Virus record (IMG/VR): IMGVR_UViG_650627003_000001
Span: 32,001-96,000 of that record
From: a virus
Taxonomy: Duplodnaviria; Caudoviricetes
Direction: 5' to 3' (one strand)
DNA length: 64,000 bases
Part shown: piece by piece, positions 36,722 to 45,515 of the stretch
How the letters are laid out: each line of letters starts with the position of its first letter
Numbering within the stretch: the first letter of the stretch is position 1
Made by a program: the position numbers and the translations under genes
The notes under the pieces: model-generated
Told to the model about the DNA's origin: nothing
The model's database searches: none
Seen by the model: the letters and a program-made list of their open reading frames with translations, nothing else

Positions 36722-37536
36722 TATTTTTGCTCCTTTGCTTGACGGATTTTTTCCAACATGCAACCACCAATAAGTTCTAGAATCTTCGTGTCTAAAACCG
36801 GTCTAGGCATAATACGAACAAAGATTTCGTGGCGTTTAGGATCGATATTTAACTCTTTGCATGCCTCTACAAATTTAATGTATCGATTGCCTAATTCAGG
36901 TTGAAGTACATTATTTGGATTTGTATATTGATGACAAGAACCTGTTGCACGGCCTGCATCCGACTTTGAACTAGATCGATCGTATTTGTGTAAATGACGA
37001 TTAGGATATTCTTCATCAATTGTAAAGATGGTTTCATATCCAACATTGCCCATTGATCGTCCTTCAATTCGAGCTAGTTTACCACTTTGAAGTTCAATGA
37101 TTTGTCCAATTTTGTATGTAAATGGACTTTCATAAGTATCTGGGCTTTGGCCTTTAGTTGCGCCATACAAAAGCCATTCAAGTTGGATATAACTTTCTGG
37201 GCTGAGTTTACCGATCCCAAAATGAACATGGTTCTGGAATTTATATTTCTCTGCAAAGAACTTTGCTTCTTTGATTGCATCACCAACTAGAAGTGAAGCA
37301 TACAGCTTTGAGATGCGAGAGAAAATAAAATCAATAGAGGTCGCACTATACGGAAAGCTGACATCGTAAGAATCTAGATCATCAAGCTCTACAGTAGGTC
37401 CGTAGTAATCGCCGATAGATCGAGCTTCTAAGCCGGTTGCTCCATTTACCATAATAATGTGTTTAGTTTCCCAAGCACCACGAGCTGATTTGTGCAATAA
37501 GTTGTATTCAGTGTTTTCTAAAAGTTCCATAGTCAT
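36721..37536 (-). CDS. hypothetical protein
   Basis: 271 aa ORF. Confidence 0.8.
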   Translation of the reverse strand: MTMELLENTEYNLLHKSARGAWETKHIIMVNGATGLEARSIGDYYGPTVELDDLDSYDVSFPYSATSIDFIFSRISKLYASLLVGDAIKEAKFFAEKYKFQNHVHFGIGKLSPESYIQLEWLLYGATKGQSPDTYESPFTYKIGQIIELQSGKLARIEGRSMGNVGYETIFTIDEEYPNRHLHKYDRSSSKSDAGRATGSCHQYTNPNNVLQPELGNRYIKFVEACKELNIDPKRHEIFVRIMPRPVLDTKILELIGGCMLEKIRQAKEQK

Positions 37537-37775
37537 TTACTCACGTCGATAGTTAAAAAGTCATAAAAATCTGCTTGGACAACATGTTCGCCTTGGAGTT
37601 CTTGCATTAAGAACTCTTTGATTTCTTCATGTATAGTACCATCATTAACTGCACTTGTAAACCGTTCTTTTAAATTTTCTTTGGTCTCACCCCAATTAGA
37701 TACTTGTTCGATAGAAACTTTGAGCTTAAAGTCAATTTCTAGAACTTCTTTAGGGACAATTCGTGTTAAGCTCAT
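37533..37775 (-). CDS. hypothetical protein
   Basis: 80 aa, ATGA overlaps. Confidence 0.75.
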   Translation of the reverse strand: MSLTRIVPKEVLEIDFKLKVSIEQVSNWGETKENLKERFTSAVNDGTIHEEIKEFLMQELQGEHVVQADFYDFLTIDVSK

Positions 37776-38089
37776 TTCTTACCTCTGAATAGATACATCC
37801 CGAGTTCGTTCTGAATTTTCATACGTTCTTTTAGGCTTTGTTCATAACCACAAGCCATACCATGGCGAATCTTCTTTGGTAAATCAATATTCAAGAAGTA
37901 ATCAAACATTGCGTATCCAGTGTACAGTTTACGGATTGTAAATGTAAATGAAATGATTCTCTGCTTCATTGCAGAATCGTCATGCCAAGTATAAAAACAT
38001 TGATACGTCGCACCAAGTTTAAACTCATTGACATATTCAGTCGAATCACAATCTTTGACACATGTATAAGTAGCGTTGGCATAATTCAT
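37772..38089 (-). CDS. hypothetical protein
   Basis: 105 aa, ATGA overlaps. Confidence 0.75.
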   Translation of the reverse strand: MNYANATYTCVKDCDSTEYVNEFKLGATYQCFYTWHDDSAMKQRIISFTFTIRKLYTGYAMFDYFLNIDLPKKIRHGMACGYEQSLKERMKIQNELGMYLFRGKK

Positions 38090-38355
38090 TTTACGATCTC
38101 ATAAAAGTTGTCTTGTTCTTTTGTGAAGAAACACCAGATTCGCAATAACTCAGGTATCTCGTTGATATTGAAAACTTGCTCATGTTCAGATTTAATGATG
38201 GTCGGCCCAACACACTCTGAACCTTCATACAAATGTTCTAGGTCAATAACTGTATAAGTTGATAAAACATGTAGGCCTTTTATGTCCTTAGCGCCATGAT
38301 GATCATATGTGTCGAACCACTCGGGTTTAAATTTAAACTTAGTACCAATTTTCAT
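38086..38355 (-). CDS. hypothetical protein (paralogue family)
   Basis: MKIGTKF..IWCFFT..YEIV. Confidence 0.75.
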   Translation of the reverse strand: MKIGTKFKFKPEWFDTYDHHGAKDIKGLHVLSTYTVIDLEHLYEGSECVGPTIIKSEHEQVFNINEIPELLRIWCFFTKEQDNFYEIVK

Positions 38356-38356
38356 T

Positions 38357-39226
38357 TTACTTCTCTAATGCACCGTGATCTTTACCGCAAATATTACAAA
38401 TTTCTTCATAGTCCCAATACTTACTGGCGTCTTGCTTGTTCATAACACAACCGTTTTGATAAATGTAATTGCCCATCTTCCATTCCCAATTGCTAATCAT
38501 ATCATACCCAATTGGATTTTCTAAAGCATTGATATAATCTTTGGCGACATTTCTAAACGTGTGTGAATGTTTGTATTCATCGCACCCTTTGATCATATCA
38601 ACAAGATCGTTTGCCATGCAACCGCCATTGCGAACATGTTTAGCAATCATACGTTCAATTTTGTTTACACCATTTCTAAAGCCTTTATTGTTACTAAAGT
38701 CGTGGATCGGGTCATACCAAGCAAAATTGTGAGCAACGTCAGGGTGTGCGAATTTTGGCTTAAATCGTTTATATGTGTTATCGCCAGTATTAAATTCTTT
38801 AAGCTTACTACGATTGATTCTAGACACATCTACGTTATCGTATACACCAAGATCATAATCAAAGTAATGTTCATCCCAATCATACTCATCAAAAAGCCCA
38901 GGGTGATTGTCACTTGTACACCAATCGTAATTTGTCTCAACCCAATCAGCATTAAAGATTGCGTAGTCTATTGTGTACCGGTATTCAACCTCTTCAAATT
39001 TGAAATACGAGCCAAGACCACTAACATTTCGAATCATGTGCTTTTCAATTCGTAGTTTATTCTGTTCTGCGAACTTGATGATTTTATCGTAGTCCATACC
39101 AACAGCATCTGCACATTTATCGTTCAAAACATTGCATAGCAATTGTGCTTCATTTCGTTCAGAAAGAACAACAACTAAGTCTTTATGGTTCTCGTAATCA
39201 TTCTGATAAACAACAAACTTTTTCAT
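38357..39226 (-). CDS. hypothetical protein
   Basis: 289 aa, Asp/Tyr-rich middle. Confidence 0.8.
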   Translation of the reverse strand: MKKFVVYQNDYENHKDLVVVLSERNEAQLLCNVLNDKCADAVGMDYDKIIKFAEQNKLRIEKHMIRNVSGLGSYFKFEEVEYRYTIDYAIFNADWVETNYDWCTSDNHPGLFDEYDWDEHYFDYDLGVYDNVDVSRINRSKLKEFNTGDNTYKRFKPKFAHPDVAHNFAWYDPIHDFSNNKGFRNGVNKIERMIAKHVRNGGCMANDLVDMIKGCDEYKHSHTFRNVAKDYINALENPIGYDMISNWEWKMGNYIYQNGCVMNKQDASKYWDYEEICNICGKDHGALEK

Positions 39227-39268
39227 ATTTTATCCTTAAAAGTGGACCTCTTTCGAGGTCCTTATTGA

Positions 39269-40276
39269 TTAACGTAATTGAGTAACTTCAGCGATTGCTT
39301 TCCAGTTTTGAGAATCAGTTTTTACAAAGCTTGCTAAGTAAAGAGCTGTACGAAGAGATACATTGCGAAGACGTTTAACATTTTCTTTCATCCAATCTAA
39401 CACTTCGATTGTTTGAGCATTTGATAAACCAGCTTTAGACATCATATCAGTTTTAGTGATTACATCTTCAACACGAATCATGATTTCATCATTTGTGTGA
39501 ACACCAAGGTCAAGGTAAACAGAGCGAGATACTAAAGCTTGTAAGTGTGGAGCAAGTTTAGAACCACGATCTAATTCACGATCGATGTCAACGTTAGTAA
39601 TGAAAACAATAGTACCTTCAAATTCGAATTCGTTTGGAATTTCTTTTTCTTCAAGGAAAGAAGAAGCAGTAGACCAACATACTTTACGAGTTTCGCCTGT
39701 ATCAAGAGCAGCTTTAAGTAAGTTTAAGATGTCCATATCAGAGAAAACATCTACATCATCAAGAACTAATACATCGTTTGATTCTTTAGCTTCCCAAAGG
39801 CGACAGTATAAGCCAATACCTGAGATTTTACCGTTAACGATGTTGTAGTTGATTGTTCCTTTATCAGAAGCAGTTTGTAAAGCTTTATCTAAAGAATAAG
39901 TTTTACCGATACCTGCAGCACCAGAGATGATCAATGAACGGATAGCACCAGAAATAATACCCGAAGTCATCATATCCATTACTGAGAAGCGTTTGTTGAT
40001 TCGTGTACGCATTTCTTCAGCTGTTTCTTGAACTACTGGAACTACAGCCGGAGCAGCGTGAGAAACTGTATTAGCCAATTGACCTTCGATTGTGTAATCA
40101 CCGTGGAATACCCATACACCAGTTGCTTTACCGTTTAACATAACGAAAACTTTACCATCACCAAGATGTGTTTCGTGAGCCGGAACTTGAGCTGGGAACC
40201 ATGTGTTAGCTAATTCAAAAGTACCTGTGAAGCTGTTACCGCGTAATAAACCTTTAGTAATTGTAACTGTAGCCAT
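39269..40276 (-). CDS. AAA-type ATPase (T4 nrdC.10-like)
   Basis: ISGAAGIGKT Walker A, VLVLDDVD Walker B, LLKAALD, VFITN, ALVSRS. Confidence 0.85.
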   Translation of the reverse strand: MATVTITKGLLRGNSFTGTFELANTWFPAQVPAHETHLGDGKVFVMLNGKATGVWVFHGDYTIEGQLANTVSHAAPAVVPVVQETAEEMRTRINKRFSVMDMMTSGIISGAIRSLIISGAAGIGKTYSLDKALQTASDKGTINYNIVNGKISGIGLYCRLWEAKESNDVLVLDDVDVFSDMDILNLLKAALDTGETRKVCWSTASSFLEEKEIPNEFEFEGTIVFITNVDIDRELDRGSKLAPHLQALVSRSVYLDLGVHTNDEIMIRVEDVITKTDMMSKAGLSNAQTIEVLDWMKENVKRLRNVSLRTALYLASFVKTDSQNWKAIAEVTQLR

Positions 40277-40326
40277 GATATATTCCTCAAGTTATTTGTT
40301 AATGCGTTATTGCATTTGATAAAGCT

Positions 40327-40365
40327 ATAATACTAAAAAAGGAGTGTCTTGTAAACACTCCTTTT
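40327..40365 (-). promoter_or_regulatory. composite terminator hairpin/early promoter (PeSL-like)
   Basis: AAAAGGAGTGT-TTACAAG-ACACTCCTTTTTT-AG-TATTAT. Confidence 0.8.
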
Positions 40366-40385
40366 GAAAATAATTGAGACTTTTT

Positions 40386-40652
40386 TTACATATTAATCCC
40401 TACAGAGAACAGAAAGACTAATAAAATTAATACAATCAACAATGTAGATGGCGGAATAACAAAACATGGCTTTTTACCATAATCAGAATGATATAAGAAT
40501 GTTTTGCCATCTAATGTTTCAATTGGAAACGAGTTAGATTTAGTTTTTAGCCAATACGTTGTTTTAGATCCGGCTTTACGGACAGTTTCTACACGCGCAA
40601 CTTGAAATTGATCAGTAAAAACAATTAGCTTATCATGTTGACAGAAGTTCAT
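40386..40652 (-). CDS. hypothetical protein with C-terminal membrane anchor
   Basis: hydrophobic tail LLIVLILLVFLFSVGI. Confidence 0.7.
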   Translation of the reverse strand: MNFCQHDKLIVFTDQFQVARVETVRKAGSKTTYWLKTKSNSFPIETLDGKTFLYHSDYGKKPCFVIPPSTLLIVLILLVFLFSVGINM

Positions 40653-40885
40653 GATTGCACCTGTAAATCTAATGGGTGTAAGCGAAGCAGAAGATCACGC
40701 AAAATAACTTGCTCATCAGGGTTCATTGTCACACCACCACTTGGGAAGATTTCATCAAATACGTTTAGACACAAGTCTTCACCTACGAGTTTGATGAAAA
40801 GTGGAGATTCGCCTTCACGTTCTGTTGGAATGATTTGTCCGTCAGTTTTCAATTGTTCCATAGAAATATTCATATTAACCACCAT
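40649..40885 (-). CDS. hypothetical protein
   Basis: 78 aa; start may be the second Met. Confidence 0.65.
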   Translation of the reverse strand: MVVNMNISMEQLKTDGQIIPTEREGESPLFIKLVGEDLCLNVFDEIFPSGGVTMNPDEQVILRDLLLRLHPLDLQVQS

Positions 40886-41906
40886 TAACTACTTTTGTGT
40901 ATTGATTGAGTAAAAGATTGTCCCAAAGTTCGCGAGAAACTTTACTAGGCATTCCATTTTCAGAAGCTGTCTTAGAAAGTATTTCTACTTGGTTAACTAA
41001 GTCTTCTAAGTATTCTTGTACAACGTTAAAAGGCTCAAGACCTTGTTTAACCGATAGCAAGAAAGGTGCATCAAACAAAGGATATTTTAAATCACCAGTT
41101 CGATATATTTCTACTAATTGGATTCCACCACGACAAGCATGATGCATAGCTTTCCAATCAATATTTTCATTACGTTCTGCTTGACGAGCACGTTCACCGT
41201 ATTCTTCCCAAACTTGAGCAAGTTTTACTTTAAGTTCAGAAATTTTCATAGTGTCTTGGTACTTTCGACCTAACACTTCGTAGAATACATTACCAGTTTT
41301 ACCACAAGCTGTCCAAGTTGTAAACTCGTTTAGTGGAAATTTATCAGCAACATCACGAACTTTTACATCACGTCGGCAACTGATATGTTTTGCTTCATGA
41401 AAGTTGAGATCGCCTAGAGCTACATGTGGAGAAACATAATATGTATCTTCTAATGTATCTACAAAATCTTTCACTTCACGAAGAGCAGCAAGTCGTCCAC
41501 CTTTAACACCGTATTTAGAAGCTTGTTTACGAACATAGCCAAGATACGCTTTCATGTCTGTTGTATAGAACTTTGAACGATTGGCATGAATAAACTTCCA
41601 AATCCATCCATACGTAGGATCAAGCTCGACAACTTCTAAAGGAGCATGCAGCATGTCGATTGCAATAGTTTCACCTTTAAACGCCATTTCTAAAAAGTAC
41701 TGAAGAGAGAAATATTCTTCGTCTGTATCTTCAGATGTGTTTTTAGTACGATCGTTATTAGTATTCATTTGGATAGACTTAGGCACTTTACCTAAAAGAA
41801 TATCATTGGCTTCAGGAAGAAAGATACCTTTAAAATCGGTATCCGATTCTGGTGTTGCTGTACCATACAATTTAGAACCAAATGGTGTTCGCATAATAAC
41901 TTTCAT
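40875..41906 (-). CDS. DNA polymerase beta-superfamily nucleotidyltransferase (T4 nrdC.11-like)
   Basis: FGSKLYGTATPESDTDFKGIFLP, GYVRKQASKYG, DWKAMHHA. Confidence 0.85.
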   Translation of the reverse strand: MKVIMRTPFGSKLYGTATPESDTDFKGIFLPEANDILLGKVPKSIQMNTNNDRTKNTSEDTDEEYFSLQYFLEMAFKGETIAIDMLHAPLEVVELDPTYGWIWKFIHANRSKFYTTDMKAYLGYVRKQASKYGVKGGRLAALREVKDFVDTLEDTYYVSPHVALGDLNFHEAKHISCRRDVKVRDVADKFPLNEFTTWTACGKTGNVFYEVLGRKYQDTMKISELKVKLAQVWEEYGERARQAERNENIDWKAMHHACRGGIQLVEIYRTGDLKYPLFDAPFLLSVKQGLEPFNVVQEYLEDLVNQVEILSKTASENGMPSKVSRELWDNLLLNQYTKVVNGG

Positions 41907-41932
41907 AATGTGTTCCTCGTTTTGATAGTGCT

Positions 41933-41962
41933 AATATACACCAACTAAAAATTAAAGTAAAC
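41933..41962 (-). promoter_or_regulatory. early promoter
   Basis: GTTTACT-N17-TATATT. Confidence 0.75.
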
Positions 41963-41982
41963 ACTTTTTTGAAAATAAAAAC

Positions 41983-42009
41983 AAAAAAAGAGAGCCGAAG
42001 CTCTCTTTT
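41983..42009 (-). terminator. rho-independent terminator
   Basis: GAGAGC-TTCG-GCTCTC-TTTTTTT. Confidence 0.85.
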
Positions 42010-42274
42010 ATTTTATAGCCGCCTCTCGAAGACCTGCGTACCAAGCACCTTGCTTATACACAATTTCGAAATCTGCAGGACCATCAGGGAAACGTTCCTT
42101 GTAAGGCCAAGGTCCGAAAGTAACATGCCAATCACCGGCTGCCTTTTCAAAACGAGCTAGCGGCGTACGAGACGTACCAACTTGTTTTACTTCAGCCATG
42201 AAGCGTACTTTCTCTTCTCCGAACCAGTAATAGCTCGTATGTTTTAATAACATTAATGGTAGTTGTTCTGCCAT
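42008..42274 (-). CDS. hypothetical protein
   Basis: 88 aa, SD GAGG. Confidence 0.75.
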   Translation of the reverse strand: MAEQLPLMLLKHTSYYWFGEEKVRFMAEVKQVGTSRTPLARFEKAAGDWHVTFGPWPYKERFPDGPADFEIVYKQGAWYAGLREAAIK

Positions 42275-42310
42275 ATAAACCTCGTGATATAAGACATCAT
42301 TGTCTTATCA

Positions 42311-42844
42311 TTATTTATTAAAACGTTTTTTGAGTCGTTCTAACAAAGAAGGCTTATGCGTGTAATCTAATTCGATCATAGGACAGACTTTACTGTGTTT
42401 GGCCTTTACAAATTCGACAATTAAACTATCCTGTACATGTTGAATTGGAACAGAAACAGATTTTGTTTTGAATAATTTTTTAGTATGTTTCCATAAAAAT
42501 GTCGGAACAAAAACTATAATAAGACCAGCGATAATAGCTAATGATAATGCTACAATACCAACTAAACATAAAATAGGGACTGAAATATACGCAGACATTC
42601 CAATTATTGACATTGTAGCTGAATCGCCAAGAGGGACAATTCCGAATAGTTCAGTTAAACTCATTAAAGCTGCAAATCCAAGCATATTTAAAATAACTGT
42701 ACAAATAATCGTCACAACAATAAGAAATACAATACGCCACATGGTTGCCCAGAAATATGGACAAAGTGATAAAGGAATTCCTTTATCAGATTTACAGACA
42801 TTTTTCTGTAATAGATAGTGCCAAGAATTTACGTTAACTTTCAT
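42311..42844 (-). CDS. membrane protein
   Basis: two to three long hydrophobic segments; SLCPYFW, VCP motifs. Confidence 0.75.
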   Translation of the reverse strand: MKVNVNSWHYLLQKNVCKSDKGIPLSLCPYFWATMWRIVFLIVVTIICTVILNMLGFAALMSLTELFGIVPLGDSATMSIIGMSAYISVPILCLVGIVALSLAIIAGLIIVFVPTFLWKHTKKLFKTKSVSVPIQHVQDSLIVEFVKAKHSKVCPMIELDYTHKPSLLERLKKRFNK

Positions 42845-42846
42845 AG

Positions 42847-43113
42847 TTACCTCAATTGTGAGTCCTTAGACCCTCTACGATTATAATACGACTTTACAGT
42901 AGTATCGTGATTTTGTTGACATTGAATACAGTATTCAACACCAGGAACAGCAATTCTTCTACCTTCAGGAATAGATAGGCCACAGTCTTCGCAATATTCT
43001 AAGCTTTGACGTTTAGATGCCAATTCCAATTCTAATCTAGCCCAATCGACAGCATCATCAATTGTAGATTGATTAGTGTCAAAAACGGCATCTGATGGTC
43101 CCCATCCATTCAT
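42847..43113 (-). CDS. TraR/DksA-family C4 zinc-finger protein
   Basis: CEDCG..IPEGRR.AVPGV.YCIQCQ; GWG N-terminus and RRGSKDSQLR tail typical of YbiI-like members. Confidence 0.9.
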   Translation of the reverse strand: MNGWGPSDAVFDTNQSTIDDAVDWARLELELASKRQSLEYCEDCGLSIPEGRRIAVPGVEYCIQCQQNHDTTVKSYYNRRGSKDSQLR

Positions 43114-43140
43114 GTTAATATCCTCACTTTGGTAATGCTT

Positions 43141-43169
43141 ATATTAACATGAACGGATGAGTATGTAAA
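43141..43169 (-). promoter_or_regulatory. early promoter
   Basis: TTTACA-N17-TAATAT. Confidence 0.7.
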
Positions 43170-43439
43170 TCACTTTTTCTCAATTTTTATATTTTTCTTT
43201 TTTGCATACTCTTGACCAGCAGCATACCCCCATTGATCGCAATCAATAGTGCAGGTTGATTTATTCCATTTTGCTTTGACAAAAACATAAAATTCTTCGG
43301 ATTCTTTTTTAGAAGGTGTTTCAAACTGAGAATATACTTCAAGAGCGCCTTCAAAGTACTTGTCGAATTTAACAGGTTTTTCTGTCGAAGCAAAGCATAA
43401 GCTTGGCACGATAAGAATCATAAAAATGAGGTATTTCAT
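43170..43439 (-). CDS. rI: antiholin / lysis inhibition regulator RI
   Basis: signal sequence, FDKY..GA..VY..FE..S..ESE.FY.F, two Cys, YA...NIK.E as in T4 RI. Confidence 0.8.
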   Translation of the reverse strand: MKYLIFMILIVPSLCFASTEKPVKFDKYFEGALEVYSQFETPSKKESEEFYVFVKAKWNKSTCTIDCDQWGYAAGQEYAKKKNIKIEKK

Positions 43440-43732
43440 TTGTTTACCTCGTGCTTAATACATTCTTCTAAAAAGAGATCGCTAAAGTGTTCGTTAACAA
43501 AATCTCTTTTTGAAACTTGATTTTGTGGGATAGTCTTCAAATACTTCGTACGAAGTTCATTTGTACTAGATTGATTTGGACACACCTCGGAAATGTATAA
43601 ATGATGGGAATATGCAAGACTTTTGATTTGTGATTCAACTTCAGAATCTACCTTCGGATGTAAAAACATGCCGATTGCAGCAATGAATGTTAATAAAATA
43701 ATTGCATAGACAACATAAGTCTTCATTATCAA
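43436..43732 (-). CDS. hypothetical exported/membrane-anchored protein
   Basis: N-terminal hydrophobic helix, two Cys. Confidence 0.75.
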   Translation of the reverse strand: MIMKTYVVYAIILLTFIAAIGMFLHPKVDSEVESQIKSLAYSHHLYISEVCPNQSSTNELRTKYLKTIPQNQVSKRDFVNEHFSDLFLEECIKHEVNK

Positions 43733-44142
43733 TCCTCAAAAATAGGACCAATGTTTTCAAACTTATAGGTAACGTGATTGTTCTGTGTATCCCATACTTG
43801 TATAAACATAGGTCGTTTGCAGTCATAAAATAATTCGTTCATTTGACCAGTTTCTGATATTGATTCTAAAGCAGAACCAGCTATTGCGCCAGATGTATTT
43901 TTACCACACACCCGCATATTGAATATGCCATAGCTAAGTTTTTCTCTTGATCCGTCAGAGTTTAAGAACGAAATACCAAAAGAATCTGTTGACGAATTGT
44001 ATGCAATTTCTGCAAATGGTGTCAACATTTCTGTTGATTGCTGAATACGTGTACCATAGATAGTATACGTATTTGGAGCAACTGTTTCCCATGCTAGCAC
44101 AGGAAACGATAAAGCAGCTAACAATAAAAAGATGTACTTCAT
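43729..44142 (-). CDS. hypothetical exported protein
   Basis: signal peptide ending VLA-W. Confidence 0.75.
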   Translation of the reverse strand: MKYIFLLLAALSFPVLAWETVAPNTYTIYGTRIQQSTEMLTPFAEIAYNSSTDSFGISFLNSDGSREKLSYGIFNMRVCGKNTSGAIAGSALESISETGQMNELFYDCKRPMFIQVWDTQNNHVTYKFENIGPIFED

Positions 44143-44456
44143 TTTCTATCCAATAAGCCGTTCATGTATTTCAACATGAGTTGTGCTTTATATGTTTCAC
44201 ATGTCTTTTTGTCACGTGAATATTCGCAATACGAAATTAAAGATCGAGCTTTGCGATTGATATGTGTGCCTATAGTTACATCATGGTCTTCGTTTAGGCC
44301 TTGATGATAAAAGCCTTCTAATTCCATTGTAATTAAATCAACACACTCTACATTGGACGTACAAAATTGTTTTGCAGTCTTTTCAATGTCAGGATGATCT
44401 TTAGCTATCCCAAGTACTGGGATACAAAGTGCTAAGACAAAGATTAAAGATTTCAT
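44139..44456 (-). CDS. vs: Vs (valyl-tRNA synthetase modifier) homologue
   Basis: signal-like N-terminus; TA..FC..N..C..Y..G and C..DK..C..L...Y..GL spacing as in T4 Vs; adjacent to vs.1. Confidence 0.7.
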   Translation of the reverse strand: MKSLIFVLALCIPVLGIAKDHPDIEKTAKQFCTSNVECVDLITMELEGFYHQGLNEDHDVTIGTHINRKARSLISYCEYSRDKKTCETYKAQLMLKYMNGLLDRK

Positions 44457-44980
44457 TTTTCTACCTTCAATACGTCATTTGTTTTTAGGTATTGCGCTTT
44501 CTTTATAACACTAGAAGAATAGCTTTTTCCTTTTGAGATTTGCCAGCCTGCGTTATAAGAAGCTAATGCTTTTGGCATACTACCGTTATGTACTTTAAGC
44601 CAATACTCCATTTCAGTATGGGCCCAATAAGCTGATCGATCGAATTGTTTTAATTCTGACGCGATTTGTGCATTTGACTTGGTTACACCGTTTTGCTTCA
44701 TACGGCTTTTGACTGTTGGGATGTAGTTTTGATACGGTCCTACAGCATGTCCGTTTTTACCACAATTAATGCCAGCTGAACTTTCTTGCCAAAGAATTGC
44801 CGCCATTATGTATCCTAAGTTAAGGTCTCCGTGTCTAGATTTAGGTAATTGTTTTGCGTACTTGTTGCCATAACTGTAAGCCTGCTTCATGTTTGATACC
44901 TGAGCCTGACTAAAGTTATATGCAAATGTGGTTGAACAGATCATAGTCAAGACAAAGGCAATTATAAGTTTTAACTTCAT
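44453..44980 (-). CDS. vs.1: Vs.1-like lytic transglycosylase (SLT fold)
   Basis: AAILWQESSAG, ASYNAG, signal peptide. Confidence 0.8.
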   Translation of the reverse strand: MKLKLIIAFVLTMICSTTFAYNFSQAQVSNMKQAYSYGNKYAKQLPKSRHGDLNLGYIMAAILWQESSAGINCGKNGHAVGPYQNYIPTVKSRMKQNGVTKSNAQIASELKQFDRSAYWAHTEMEYWLKVHNGSMPKALASYNAGWQISKGKSYSSSVIKKAQYLKTNDVLKVEK

Positions 44981-45053
44981 AATTCCTCTCTTAGGCTAAG
45001 TGCCTTTAAAAATAATAATTATACACAATATATTTATTGCATATTTTTTATAC

Positions 45054-45078
45054 AAAAAAGGATGACATAAGTCATCCT
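45054..45078 (-). terminator. rho-independent terminator
   Basis: AGGATGAC-TTAT-GTCATCCT-TTTTT. Confidence 0.85.
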
Positions 45079-45476
45079 AGCATTTTTGCATACCAATTCA
45101 AATAAAACTCTGGGTCTTTGAGTTTTTCTTGGAAAACGCTAGAAGCGAGCAGGGCCCTTTCCTTACGTTGTTCAGTTGTCATGGTTGAGTTAATATAGTC
45201 AAAGCCGCCAGCGCCACCTAGCTTAAGATTATACGTATCAGGACGTGCTACAAATGCCTCATTGACAATTGCTCGTTCGTGTGCGTACATTTCTTTTTCA
45301 GATGGATGAAATTTCAAAATCTCTTTAAAGAATTTTTCTTTTCCGTGCTTCTTGATAGCCTTTTTTAGAACAGTCCCTGAACCAATATAGCCATCATTAA
45401 AGTCTTCTGTTTTATGGACACCAATGTAATAATGTCCGTTTACAGAGTTTGTGGTCTTGTATGTGTAGTAAAACAT
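45072..45476 (-). CDS. short GIY-YIG endonuclease (catalytic domain only)
   Basis: YTYKTTNSVNGHYYIGVH, YIGSG, YNLKLGG; no obvious DNA-binding domain. Confidence 0.85.
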   Translation of the reverse strand: MFYYTYKTTNSVNGHYYIGVHKTEDFNDGYIGSGTVLKKAIKKHGKEKFFKEILKFHPSEKEMYAHERAIVNEAFVARPDTYNLKLGGAGGFDYINSTMTTEQRKERALLASSVFQEKLKDPEFYLNWYAKMLG

Positions 45477-45515
45477 CCTTACAGCCTTTACACCTTGGGG
45501 AACTACACATATTTA

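Noticed and set aside
38567-39055. 162-aa plus-strand ORF
   Set aside because: Fully antisense to a 289-aa gene; Ile/Phe-rich composition typical of shadow frames in AT-rich DNA.
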